A stretch of DNA of 61,226 nucleotides from Bacteroidota bacterium (GCA_947487905.1 CANLAV010000001.1:1-61226), one strand, 5' to 3'; shown: positions 26,171 through 36,001, numbered from the stretch's first letter. Notes: generated from the sequence alone by a model not told the origin. A program made the numbers and translations.

Positions 26171-28033
26171 TTAATCTTCGTCTTCAAATTCTAGCTCTGC
26201 ATCTTTTTCCCAAATTTCCATTTCGCAAGGTTTACAATTAAATTTTAATTTGTATTCCAATTCACCTTGTTTTAAGATAAGTGGCTCAACTACTTTTTCA
26301 CCCATGGTGTCTCTTTGAAAACGAGCACATTTTCCTAATTCGTATTTCACACAATATTTAGTAACCATCACTCTTGATTTACCTGGATCCCATTGTAATT
26401 CAAAAGCTTTTTCAATATCAGTGACGCCATGTCGTTTGTAAAAATTACGCGCCATTTGATTAGATACATTGTATGTAAAATCTAATTGCGAAACCGGATA
26501 AGGATGATCTGTTTTTGTAATAGGAAGTTCAATACGATGGTATTCGGTTACTCTCACATCAATTAATTGTTCTAAAACAATTCTTCTTATTTCATTGATT
26601 TTAGAAATAGGTAAAAACCAATTGTTAGAACATGTAACTTGAATATCGTCAACAATGAACGGCGTATTTCCTGTTTTTGAAAGATTTTTTTTGATGTTTG
26701 GAATGGTCGATTCTTCATTTTTGGCGACTTCTTTATCTGCTTCAAATGATGAAACACTTTCATGTCCATCTTCATCTTTCGCTACCAATTGAAAGCCAGT
26801 TGTGGTTTCTGTAAAGTGAAGCGTTACACCAATTTTACGAATGGCACTATCTTCTCGTTCCACTAATCGGTTAAAGTTAGCATCCGAATTTCTATAAATA
26901 ACGGTGCCAGGTTTAAGAGGTTTAAAGGTGTTAGGTACAACAATATTATTGATAATGATATTGACTTGCGCACCATCTGGTTCATTGTTTTCATTGAGAA
27001 AAAATAGTCCATCGCCGTTGTTAAGCAGTTCGCTATTTTCAATCACATATCCATTGGCTTTAACTTCTATTAATTTACCAATCAATTGTCCTTGTGATTT
27101 TGGACTTTCCCAAGAGCCAATTTTTTCGGTACGTTTATTTACAAAATAATCGGTGTAACCTCTGTTAAAACTTCGATCCATTTCTGCTTCGAAATTATAG
27201 AACGTTCGGCCTGATGATGCTTTTTGATAATGTTCATTGTTTTCTAAAAAGGCGTCTAATTTTTTTCGTAAAAAAGAAGTGTTGTTTTTTACATACACCA
27301 TATCTTTTAATCGACCTTCAATTTTAAATGAGGTGATACCTGCTTCAATTAAATTAGGTAATTGATTACTTAAGTCTAAATCTTTGATTGATAATAAATG
27401 ACTATTTGCAATAAGTGTTTTTCCTGTACCATCCACTAAGTTATATGGTAATCGGCAATTTTGAGCACAAGAACCTCTGTTGGCACTGCGTTCGCCATTA
27501 GCAATACTCATATAGCAATTACCACTAAATGACACACACAAGGCGCCCGACACAAAAAATTCTAATTCAACATCGGTTTCTTTGCTAATGTCTTTTATCT
27601 GATCTAAATTTAATTCTCTGGCTAAAACAACGCGTTTCATCCCAGCATCTTTTAAGAATTTAACGTGCTTAGGATCGCGGTTATTGGCTTGTGTGCTCGC
27701 ATGAATTACAATCGGAGGCAAGTCCATTTCCATAATGGCCATGTCTTGCACAATCAAGGCATCTACGCCAATGGCATACAATTGATGAATGAGTTTTTTA
27801 CAATCTTCCAATTCATGATCATACAAAATGGTATTAACAACCACAAAAACTTGAGCTTTAAATAAGTGTGCATACTTCACTAATTCTTCAATATCTTCCA
27901 GCGAATTGGTGGCATTAGAACGTGCACCAAATTGTGGAGCACCAATATAAACTGCATCTGCACCGGCATTGATGGCCGCCATGCCTTGTATTAAATTTTT
28001 GGCTGGCGATAGAATTTCGATTTTCTTTTTCAT
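26171..28033 (-). CDS. U32-family protein (peptidase U32 fold; long YdcP/RlhA-like form)
   Basis: 620 aa. The N-terminus MKKKIEILSPAKNLIQGMAAINAGADAVYIG and the EGRLK-type motif (FKIEGRLKD) are typical of U32. Confidence 0.75.
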   Translation of the reverse strand: MKKKIEILSPAKNLIQGMAAINAGADAVYIGAPQFGARSNATNSLEDIEELVKYAHLFKAQVFVVVNTILYDHELEDCKKLIHQLYAIGVDALIVQDMAIMEMDLPPIVIHASTQANNRDPKHVKFLKDAGMKRVVLARELNLDQIKDISKETDVELEFFVSGALCVSFSGNCYMSIANGERSANRGSCAQNCRLPYNLVDGTGKTLIANSHLLSIKDLDLSNQLPNLIEAGITSFKIEGRLKDMVYVKNNTSFLRKKLDAFLENNEHYQKASSGRTFYNFEAEMDRSFNRGYTDYFVNKRTEKIGSWESPKSQGQLIGKLIEVKANGYVIENSELLNNGDGLFFLNENNEPDGAQVNIIINNIVVPNTFKPLKPGTVIYRNSDANFNRLVEREDSAIRKIGVTLHFTETTTGFQLVAKDEDGHESVSSFEADKEVAKNEESTIPNIKKNLSKTGNTPFIVDDIQVTCSNNWFLPISKINEIRRIVLEQLIDVRVTEYHRIELPITKTDHPYPVSQLDFTYNVSNQMARNFYKRHGVTDIEKAFELQWDPGKSRVMVTKYCVKYELGKCARFQRDTMGEKVVEPLILKQGELEYKLKFNCKPCEMEIWEKDAELEFEDED

Positions 28034-28117
28034 ACAAGGTGTAAAGGTCAGTATTTATTTGTTTGATTGCAAAAAAACAAGATGGGTAAAAAAAATGCTG
28101 AGAAATCGCTTAACGGC

Positions 28118-29122
28118 TTAATACCATTTTACAGTTAAATACACCTGTTGATTGATATCTATGGTGTTATCTTTTGCATAAAAGTAAATGGAATGCCCCA
28201 ATTTTGTTTCTGCAAAATATTCATAACCATAGCCATTAAAAAATACATTGGTAACCGTTACTTGTAATAATGCTTTTTGTTTGGTGTCAACAATTTGTAA
28301 TTGATTAGGCCTGATGTAAGTTTGCTTTTTGGCTAAATTTGTTTTATTCGAAATTAAGTCTTCTTGGCTCAATACAAAATAACGCCCCATGAGCGATGCA
28401 ATGTTTTTATTTTTTGGTTGGTAATACACCTGAAACGTCGAGTCGTGTTGTGTTAGCTTGCCATTATCCATCACCGCCGTTTCATCGGCATAACGCAAGG
28501 CTTCTTCAGGCTGATGCGTCACTAAAATAACAGCTGCATTTTCTTTTTTAATTTGCGCTCTGATGTAAGTAAAAATTTTATCACGCAATGGTAAATCCAA
28601 ATTACTAAATGGCTCATCTAACAATAATACTTTTGGAAACTCAGCCAACGAACGTGCAATAGCCACGCGTTGTTTTTGTCCAGAAGAAAGTGTGATGGCT
28701 TTTAAATTTTTAAGAGCCGTGATGTCTAATAATTTTAATAATTGATTGGCGCGTTTTTGTTTGTACTCATCGGTATAACCCATCAATTTGTCTTTGATGT
28801 TTTCTTCAACCGTATGATTATCTAAGACGTAAAAATCTTGACTCACAAAACGCATATCAGCGTGTCCTGGAATTAAATTATACGCAGGTCCAAGCACAAT
28901 TTTATGATCAATGGTAATATTACCAGCTTCTAAATCTGTTAAGCCATAAATGCATTTAAGGAGGGTTGTTTTTCCGCTTCCACTTTTACCAATAATGGCT
29001 AATATTTTTCCAGCTTCTAAGGTCAGAGATACATCGCTAATTCCTTTAAAATGAGAGGAATTAGGATAATTATAAGCTATTTTAGTGACTGTAAGAATGG
29101 TCGTGTGTTTAGTTTGTAAAAT
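28118..29122 (-). CDS. ABC transporter ATP-binding protein (orphan, ~90-aa C-terminal extra domain); start codon non-canonical or lost
   Basis: Walker A GKSGSGKTT is encoded at 28967..28993, upstream of the first GTG (28897). Also LSSGQKQRVAIARSL, LLLDEPFSNLD and VTHQ. The frame is open to 29155 but has no ATG/GTG/TTG. The 5' end drawn here is the ATT that overlaps the upstream stop. Confidence 0.7.
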   Translation of the reverse strand: MLQTKHTTILTVTKIAYNYPNSSHFKGISDVSLTLEAGKILAIIGKSGSGKTTLLKCIYGLTDLEAGNITIDHKIVLGPAYNLIPGHADMRFVSQDFYVLDNHTVEENIKDKLMGYTDEYKQKRANQLLKLLDITALKNLKAITLSSGQKQRVAIARSLAEFPKVLLLDEPFSNLDLPLRDKIFTYIRAQIKKENAAVILVTHQPEEALRYADETAVMDNGKLTQHDSTFQVYYQPKNKNIASLMGRYFVLSQEDLISNKTNLAKKQTYIRPNQLQIVDTKQKALLQVTVTNVFFNGYGYEYFAETKLGHSIYFYAKDNTIDINQQVYLTVKWY

Positions 29123-30168
29123 TAAATCGTGTTTAAAAAATGGATGGTATTGACATCATCAGCAAAATCAAAAACACCCGGTTCTTGTGTTTTTCCTAAT
29201 GGTAACGTTTCCAACCCTTCTAATTCAAAATTACTCACAACGCATTGTAAATTTTCCTTCAGTTGAGATATGTTTTCAACAAGGGAACTTTCATTAGTAT
29301 AGGTTTCGTAAAACAAAACCGAAGTAGGGGCGTGTAAACTTTTATTTTCGGTAATCATTAAAAAATTATTATCCAAAAACGGTAATAAATCTAAAAGGTA
29401 AATCGCGCGATTGTATTCGTAATTATTATTGTACTTTTTATTGTCAAGCACGTATTTATAATCGTAAAGCGATTCAAATAGGGCATTAAACGTATAATTT
29501 TCGGGCACATATAATTTTGACACATTGCGGCAACCTAATCCAAAATAATAAAAAATGTCTTTTCCTAATTCTTGTAATTCTTCACGCGTTTCTTTTCCGT
29601 TTAAAATTGCAATGGAGTTTCTGTTTTTACGAATGATGTGCGGGTATTTGCTAAAGTAATATTCAAAATGCTTGGCGGTATTATTACTTCCTGTGGCAAT
29701 CACAGCATCAAAATCAGTTAATTTTCCATCCGAAAAATTGATGCGCGTTGCAAATTGTGGTTCAAAGTAAATGAGCATGCCCGCCAAAAACGTAATCAGT
29801 GCCGTATCATCGCTCGATGCTTTAATTAAAATGTTGTGTCCACTTAGTAACACACACATCATATCATGAAAGCCAACGGCAGGAATATTGCCAGCCATAA
29901 TCACGGCGACTGTTTTAGGATGTGGGGGTTCGTTTACTTGTTTGGCAAATTCAGTTAAATCGCTTTCATGCAGCATCACTGTTAAGCCTTTCAAGGCTCT
30001 TTCAATGTTTTCGGGACTAAACCAGCCATTGTATTGATACGCAATATCCACTAAGGAGGTTAAATCGTTGTGAAATTTTTGGTGTTTATCTTGATGGTTT
30101 TTCGAAATATGATCATTGATAAAAATACCTAATTGAACAAAAGCTTGAATTCGTTGTTTTAAAGTCAT
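29122..30168 (-). CDS. LuxC-family acyl-CoA reductase-like protein
   Basis: 348 aa. Overall resemblance to Bacteroidota proteins annotated as acyl-CoA reductase (LuxC family), recalled from memory. No decisive motif verified. Confidence 0.55.
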   Translation of the reverse strand: MTLKQRIQAFVQLGIFINDHISKNHQDKHQKFHNDLTSLVDIAYQYNGWFSPENIERALKGLTVMLHESDLTEFAKQVNEPPHPKTVAVIMAGNIPAVGFHDMMCVLLSGHNILIKASSDDTALITFLAGMLIYFEPQFATRINFSDGKLTDFDAVIATGSNNTAKHFEYYFSKYPHIIRKNRNSIAILNGKETREELQELGKDIFYYFGLGCRNVSKLYVPENYTFNALFESLYDYKYVLDNKKYNNNYEYNRAIYLLDLLPFLDNNFLMITENKSLHAPTSVLFYETYTNESSLVENISQLKENLQCVVSNFELEGLETLPLGKTQEPGVFDFADDVNTIHFLNTI

Positions 30169-30180
30169 AAAAAATACTCT

Positions 30181-30188
30181 TATATTTG
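30181..30188 (+). promoter_or_regulatory. Candidate -7 promoter box TATATTTG (TAnnTTTG) upstream of the ferredoxin gene
   Basis: Exact consensus match 35 nt upstream of ATG 30223. The upstream TTG at 30154..30156 has imperfect spacing. Confidence 0.35.
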
Positions 30189-30222
30189 CAATCTTATATT
30201 AAAGTATAAAATTACTCAAAAA

Positions 30223-30573
30223 ATGGCTATTAAAATTACAGACGAATGTATTAATTGTGGAGCTTGCGAACCCGAGTGTCCAAATAACGCAATATATGAA
30301 GGTGGTGCTGAATGGCGTTTTGCTGACGGTACAAAAGTAAAAGGACAATTTACTGGTAAAAATACAGGATTAACTGTGGATGCAAACGATCCTCAAGTGC
30401 CTTACAGTATGGATGTGTATTACATTGCTACCGATAAATGTACGGAGTGTGCTGGTTTTCATGATGAACCACAATGTGCTGCGGTTTGCCCAGTAGATTG
30501 CTGTGTAGCGGATGACGACCACAAAGAATCTGAAGAGGTACTTTTAGCGAAAAAAGACAGCATGCATTTGTAG
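30223..30573 (+). CDS. 4Fe-4S dicluster ferredoxin
   Basis: [12 protein letters not shown] and CTEC...CAAVCPVDC cysteine clusters. 116 aa. Confidence 0.85.
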   Translation: MAIKITDECINCGACEPECPNNAIYEGGAEWRFADGTKVKGQFTGKNTGLTVDANDPQVPYSMDVYYIATDKCTECAGFHDEPQCAAVCPVDCCVADDDHKESEEVLLAKKDSMHL

Positions 30574-30601
30574 GCTTTCTTTGATTTTTTTTAAAGTTTT
30601 T

Positions 30602-30684
30602 GGGCGTTGCCTTCTGCCAGGCTTTCCGTTTCAATCTTTTTGTTCATTCTTCTCAAAAAGGATTTTCACTGCAATCCTTAACGC
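30602..30684. repeat. Solo copy of the structured palindromic element seen in the 23.1-23.6 kb array
   Basis: GGGCGTTGCCTTCTGCCAGGCTTTCCGTTTCAATCTTTTTG-TTCATTCTTCT-CAAAAAGGATTTTCACTGCAATCCTTAACGC. Same orientation as the array, with a third loop variant. Confidence 0.85.
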
Positions 30685-30715
30685 AGTGGATTTATTCATG
30701 ATTTTATTTTCAGTC

Positions 30716-30744
30716 TTTGTTGGAGTTATCACCAACAAATTTTT
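30716..30744 (+). terminator. Hairpin TTTGTTGG/CCAACAAA followed by T5; likely terminator of the ferredoxin transcript
   Basis: 8-bp stem (30716..30723 / 30732..30739) and then TTTTT. It belongs to the TTCAGYC-TTGTTGGTG...CACCAACAA family. Confidence 0.5.
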
Positions 30745-30759
30745 CATCATCACAAAAAA

Positions 30760-33594
30760 TTAATGCGCCTCTAACCAGTTAATTCCAGTGCCCATTCCAA
30801 CTTCAACGGGTACTTTAAGTGGTAAGGCATGTTGCATGTGTTTTTCTACAATCGGTTTAATCAATTCTAGTTCTGGTTTATACACATCAAATACTAATTC
30901 ATCATGCACTTGCAAAATCATTTTCGATTTGATGTTCATGGATTTTAATTCGTTGTGAATATTAATCATCGCTACTTTAATCATATCTGCGGCCGAACCT
31001 TGTATTGGTGCGTTAATAGCGTTTCGCTCGGCAAAGGCTCGTTCCATTTGGCTATTAGAAGTAATGTTTTTTAACCAACGTTTTCTTCCCATCAGCGTTT
31101 CAACATAACCGTGTTCGCGAGCAAAATTAATTTCTTTTTCCATGTATGATTTAATAGAACCATATTGTTCAAAGTAATTTTCAATTAACTCTTTGGCTTC
31201 TGTGCGCGATATAGCAAGGTTTTCGGCTAAACCAAAAGCACCTTGTCCGTATATAATTCCGAAGTTGACGCTCTTTGCTTTGTAACGCATGTCTTTGGTA
31301 ACTTCGCTTTCTTCAATGCCATACACTTTTGCAGCTGTAGCCGTATGAATATCTTTTCCTAAGTTAAAAGCTTCACACATGTTTTTATCTTCACTGATGG
31401 AAGCCACCACTCGTAATTCTATTTGCGAATAATCGGCACATAATAAAATGTAATCTTCATTTCGTGGTATAAATGCTTTACGAATTTGTTTACCACGTTC
31501 TGTTCTCACAGGTATGTTTTGTAAGTTTGGATTATCGCTACTTAATCGGCCAGTCACTGCTACTACTTGATTAAACGTGGTGTGTAAGCGATTGGTTTTT
31601 TCGTTTACCAATAATGGTAAAGCATCCACATAGGTCGATTTTAATTTAACCAATTCGCGGTAATCTAAAATTTTGGAAACAATCGGATGCTTGCCTTCTA
31701 ACTTCGATAAAACATCTTCGCCAGTGGCATACTGTCCTGTTTTTGTTTTTTTAGGTTTCTCAACAATTTTTAAATACTCGAATAATATTTCTCCAACTTG
31801 TTTGGGAGAAGAAATATTAAATTTCGTTCCAGCTAATTCTTGAATTTCAGCATCTACTTTTGTAATGTCATCTTGCAGTTGCAACGAAAATTCTTTGAGC
31901 GCTTTCACATCTAAGTTAATGCCTTCTCGTTCCATGCCTGCTAAGGCTTCAATCAGAGGCAATTCCACGTCATGAAATAATTTTTCTACACCAGCTTCTT
32001 TTAATAAGGGCTCAAAGACATGTTTTAATTTCAAGGTTACGTCTGCATCTTCAGCTGCATAATCTTTAATAATATCTAAAGAAACATCACGCATGTTTAA
32101 TTGATCTTTTCCTTTTTTACCAATTAAATCTTCAATGCTGATAGGCGAATAATTTAAATACGTTTCTGCCAATACATTCATATTGTGACGCATGTCGGGC
32201 ATAAATAAAAAGTGCGCCACCATCGTATCCCACAATTTATTTTTTATTTCAATGCCATAATTTTTTAAAACTTGTAAATCGTATTTAATATTTTGACCAA
32301 CTAATGTTTTTGTTTCATCTAAAAATAGAGGTTTAAATAAATCCATCAACGCCTGAGCTTCTTGTTGATTAGCTGATACAGGAATGTAATACGCTTGATT
32401 TTCTTTGATTGAGAAAGATAAACCAACCAATTCAGCATTAATGGTATTTAAATCGGTTGTCTCGCTATCAAAACAAAATTCACCACTTGCGTGTAATATG
32501 GAAATAAGATTTGAAATAGACTCAGCTGTGTTGCATAATATATAATCTACCGAAAAATCTTTAATCGTTTTAAAAACAGGAGCTTGCGGTTCTTCGTTAT
32601 CTTGTTCAAAGTTAGTTGCCTGTTCTTCAGCCGAACTAAATAAATCATTCACCACTTCTTTAGCCGCTGCAACTGGCTTAGAGACTGCGCTTGGTGCGCT
32701 TCCAATGTCTTCACCTAAAAGTTTTTGAGCAATACCTCTGAATTCAATTTCAGCAAATAATTCGCGCAAAGCCTCTTTATTAATCTCTTTTAAACGTAAT
32801 TCATCTTCATTAAATTCAACGGGGACATCCAGAATAATGGTTGCTAATCGTTTGGATTGCAAAGCCATTTCTTTATGATTGTCAACTTTTTCTTTTAATT
32901 TTCCTTTTAGTTTACTGGTGTCTTCATACATCTTTTCGATGGTGCCATAATCTTTAATCAATTGAATGGCTGTTTTTTCTCCAACGCCAGGTATGCCTGG
33001 AATGTTATCTGCTGAGTCGCCCATTAACCCTAAGATGTCAATTAATTGATCCACACTTTGTATGTCCCATTTTTTGCAAATCTCTTCTTTCCCTTGTATT
33101 TCTGGGGCATTGCCAAATCGTGCAGGTTTATAGATGAACGTATTGTCATCTACTAACTGTCCGTAATCTTTGTCAGGCGTCATCATGTAAGTTGTAAAAC
33201 CTTGTTGTTCGGCTACTTTAGCTAATGTACCAATGGCGTCGTCTGCTTCAAATCCTGGTGTTTTAATTACTTGAATGTTGAAGCCTTCAATTAATTGATG
33301 AATGTATGGTAAGCTGGCACGCAAATCATCAGGCATTTCTTCGCGGTGTGCTTTGTAGGCTTCAAACTCTACATGTCGCGCTGTTTGTTCTGGTGTATCA
33401 AACACAATGGCAATGTGTGTTGGTTTTTCTTTGTTTAAAATTTCGAGCAAGGTATTTGTGAAACCAAATATGGCTGAGGTATTAAGCCCTTTTGAACTTA
33501 TTCTTGGATTTTTTGCAAACGCAAAATGAGCTCTGTAAATGAGTGCAAACGCATCCAGTAAAAATAATTTTTTGGGAGTATCTTTGGTTATCAT
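30760..33594 (-). CDS. polA: DNA polymerase I
   Basis: 5'-nuclease N-terminus, 3'-5' exo motif FCFDSETTDL, pol motif A DYSQIELR and motif C QVHDELVF. 944 aa. Confidence 0.95.
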   Translation of the reverse strand: MITKDTPKKLFLLDAFALIYRAHFAFAKNPRISSKGLNTSAIFGFTNTLLEILNKEKPTHIAIVFDTPEQTARHVEFEAYKAHREEMPDDLRASLPYIHQLIEGFNIQVIKTPGFEADDAIGTLAKVAEQQGFTTYMMTPDKDYGQLVDDNTFIYKPARFGNAPEIQGKEEICKKWDIQSVDQLIDILGLMGDSADNIPGIPGVGEKTAIQLIKDYGTIEKMYEDTSKLKGKLKEKVDNHKEMALQSKRLATIILDVPVEFNEDELRLKEINKEALRELFAEIEFRGIAQKLLGEDIGSAPSAVSKPVAAAKEVVNDLFSSAEEQATNFEQDNEEPQAPVFKTIKDFSVDYILCNTAESISNLISILHASGEFCFDSETTDLNTINAELVGLSFSIKENQAYYIPVSANQQEAQALMDLFKPLFLDETKTLVGQNIKYDLQVLKNYGIEIKNKLWDTMVAHFLFMPDMRHNMNVLAETYLNYSPISIEDLIGKKGKDQLNMRDVSLDIIKDYAAEDADVTLKLKHVFEPLLKEAGVEKLFHDVELPLIEALAGMEREGINLDVKALKEFSLQLQDDITKVDAEIQELAGTKFNISSPKQVGEILFEYLKIVEKPKKTKTGQYATGEDVLSKLEGKHPIVSKILDYRELVKLKSTYVDALPLLVNEKTNRLHTTFNQVVAVTGRLSSDNPNLQNIPVRTERGKQIRKAFIPRNEDYILLCADYSQIELRVVASISEDKNMCEAFNLGKDIHTATAAKVYGIEESEVTKDMRYKAKSVNFGIIYGQGAFGLAENLAISRTEAKELIENYFEQYGSIKSYMEKEINFAREHGYVETLMGRKRWLKNITSNSQMERAFAERNAINAPIQGSAADMIKVAMINIHNELKSMNIKSKMILQVHDELVFDVYKPELELIKPIVEKHMQHALPLKVPVEVGMGTGINWLEAH

Positions 33595-33661
33595 GATTTA
33601 AATAATGTAAGTAAGAATCGTATGGTAAAATAAATAGGGATAGGAAAACGGTTGAAATAAA

Positions 33662-34495
33662 TTACGGTAGCATTTTTAGTTTATAAATCGTTGGCCACAT
33701 TTTTCCCGTTACAAAAATATTATCAGAAATAGAATCGTAAGCAATGCCATTAGTTTCCAATGAATACATGTTTTTTGATTTACACGCTTGAAATAAATTC
33801 GAAATATCTATTTTTCCAACCACTTGCCCTGATTCAGGATCTATTTTTACAATCGTACTCGTTGTATAAATATTGGCGTAAATAAATCCTTTGATGTATT
33901 CAAGTTCATTGAGGAAATCAACGGCATAGCCATTTTCAGAAACATCCAATGTTTTAGTGACATTAAAATGCTCATCAAAAAATGTTAGGTAATTAGAACC
34001 ATCACTCATGATTAAATGTTTACCATCGTGCGTTAATCCCCAACCTTCTTTGTTTTGATAACTGTATTTTGCGATGGGTTTATATGTTTTGGCATCGTAT
34101 ACAAAAGCAGTTTGATTTTTATAAGTGAGTTGGTATATTTTATCATTTAAAATACTGATGCCTTCACCAAAATAAATAGATTTATCAATTTCTACTTTTG
34201 TTTGAATGTCTCCCGTTTCCAAATCAACCATACCAAACAATGATTTTGTTTGTGGTAAATTTTCGGGTGCACCCGTACTTTCGTATAATTTTCCTTCATG
34301 AAAAAGAAATCCTTCTGTAAATGAGTTGATGTTGTGTGGATATGAATTCACCACACTATAGGAAATGATAGGAGTTTCGGGCGCTTCAACCACAGGTGTT
34401 TCGTCTATTTTTTTGATGTCTTGTGGTTTTTCGGTTCCACACGAAAATAAAATCATGGAAACTAAAAGTGAAAAAAGTAGTTTAAAATGAGTCAT
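33662..34495 (-). CDS. Glutaminyl-peptide cyclotransferase (beta-propeller type), probable lipoprotein
   Basis: YPHNINSFTEGFLFHEGKLYESTG is characteristic. Start moved to the Met giving the lipobox MTHFKLLFSLLVSMILFSCG, which also removes the overlap with cysS. Confidence 0.72.
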   Translation of the reverse strand: MTHFKLLFSLLVSMILFSCGTEKPQDIKKIDETPVVEAPETPIISYSVVNSYPHNINSFTEGFLFHEGKLYESTGAPENLPQTKSLFGMVDLETGDIQTKVEIDKSIYFGEGISILNDKIYQLTYKNQTAFVYDAKTYKPIAKYSYQNKEGWGLTHDGKHLIMSDGSNYLTFFDEHFNVTKTLDVSENGYAVDFLNELEYIKGFIYANIYTTSTIVKIDPESGQVVGKIDISNLFQACKSKNMYSLETNGIAYDSISDNIFVTGKMWPTIYKLKMLP

Positions 34496-34512
34496 GTTTT
34501 TAAATCTGTTTT

Positions 34513-35976
34513 TTAAATACTCCATGTTACACCTTCTTTTCCGTCTTTCACCTGAATGTTTGCGTCCGTTAATTTATTTCTAATTTCATCCGACGTTGCA
34601 AAATCTTTGTTGGCTTTAGCTTTAGCTCTTAAGTCTAACACTAAATTCATAACGGTTTCTAATGCTGTGTTTGCTTTGCCATTTTCTTCTTCTTTTTTCA
34701 AACCCATGATGTCAAACACAAAATGTTGAAATATGTTTTTTAACGTGGCAATGTCTGATTCGGTTAAACTTACTTTTTGATCGTGAGCCGAATTAATAAT
34801 TCTAATTGCATCAAATAATTGGGCAATCACCACAGAGGTATTGAAATCGTCATTCATGGCCTCGTAACAATTTCTTTCCAATGTTTTAATGTCTTCAGTG
34901 GATTGGCTTGAAGCTTTGAGTGTTTGCAATGTTTTATAAGCTTCCATTAATTTAACGTATCCTTTTTCAGATGCTGTTAATGCTTCATTACTAAAATCTA
35001 GCGTGCTTCTGTAATGTGTTTGCATCATGAAAAAACGAACAGCCATTGGACTGAATCCTTTTGTTAATAAAGGATGATTGCCAGTAAATAATTCCATTGG
35101 CAAAAAACTATTACCTAATGATTTACTCATTTTTTGTCCGTTCACCGTTAGCATGTTGGTATGCATCCAATAGTTTGCTGGCGATTCACCACAGTATGCC
35201 ACATTTTGTGCAATTTCATTGGTGTGATGCGTTGCCTGTAAATCCATGCCACCGCCGTGTAAATCAAATTTTTTACCTAAATATTTTGTACTCATAGCAG
35301 AGCACTCAATGTGCCAACCCGGAAAACCAATTCCCCAAGGACTTGGCCATTTCATTAAATGTTCTGGCTTTGCTTTAATCCAAAGCGCAAAATCTAAGCG
35401 TCCTTTTTTATCTTGTTGCCCGTCTAAATCACGAGTATTTTCTAATAAATCATCGAGCTTTCTTCCAGTAAGCTCTGTATAATTATTAGTTTTAGCATAT
35501 TTTTCGACATCAAAATAAACGCTTCCGTTATGTTCGTAGGCTAATCCATTTTCAATAATTTTTTTGGCGATCTCTTGTTGTTCAATGATGTGGCCTGTTG
35601 CAGTTGGTTCAATACTTGGTGGTAACGAATTAAATAAAGCCATGATATCTCTAAAACCCACAGTGTAGCGTTGTACGATTTCCATAGGTTCCACTTGTTC
35701 AAGCTTTGCTTTTTTTGCAAATTTATCATCACCTTCATCATTGTCGCCTTCTAAATGGCCAGCATCAGTAATGTTTCGCACGTAACGCACTTTATAGCCT
35801 AAATGAAGTAAGTAACGGTAAATAATATCAAACGACATAAACGTACGGCAATTACCTAAATGCACATCACTGTAGACTGTTGGTCCACACACATACATGC
35901 CTACGAACGGAGGATTGATGGCTTTAAATGCTTCTTTTTTTCTTGTAAGGGTATTATATATAAATAGATTTTCCAT
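34513..35976 (-). CDS. cysS: Cysteine--tRNA ligase
   Basis: HIGH-type motif (HLGNCRT) and KMSKS (QKMSKSLGN). Start at MENLFIYNTLTRKKE. The ORF-track extension to 36033 crosses a terminator hairpin. Confidence 0.93.
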   Translation of the reverse strand: MENLFIYNTLTRKKEAFKAINPPFVGMYVCGPTVYSDVHLGNCRTFMSFDIIYRYLLHLGYKVRYVRNITDAGHLEGDNDEGDDKFAKKAKLEQVEPMEIVQRYTVGFRDIMALFNSLPPSIEPTATGHIIEQQEIAKKIIENGLAYEHNGSVYFDVEKYAKTNNYTELTGRKLDDLLENTRDLDGQQDKKGRLDFALWIKAKPEHLMKWPSPWGIGFPGWHIECSAMSTKYLGKKFDLHGGGMDLQATHHTNEIAQNVAYCGESPANYWMHTNMLTVNGQKMSKSLGNSFLPMELFTGNHPLLTKGFSPMAVRFFMMQTHYRSTLDFSNEALTASEKGYVKLMEAYKTLQTLKASSQSTEDIKTLERNCYEAMNDDFNTSVVIAQLFDAIRIINSAHDQKVSLTESDIATLKNIFQHFVFDIMGLKKEEENGKANTALETVMNLVLDLRAKAKANKDFATSDEIRNKLTDANIQVKDGKEGVTWSI

Positions 35977-36001
35977 AATGTATTGAGTTTTTAAATTTAG
36001 C

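Noticed and set aside
30428-30763. ORFs 30428..30634 (-) and 30581..30763 (+)
   Set aside because: Both are translations across the solo palindromic element and the terminator hairpin or the ferredoxin antisense. They have no protein-like features.
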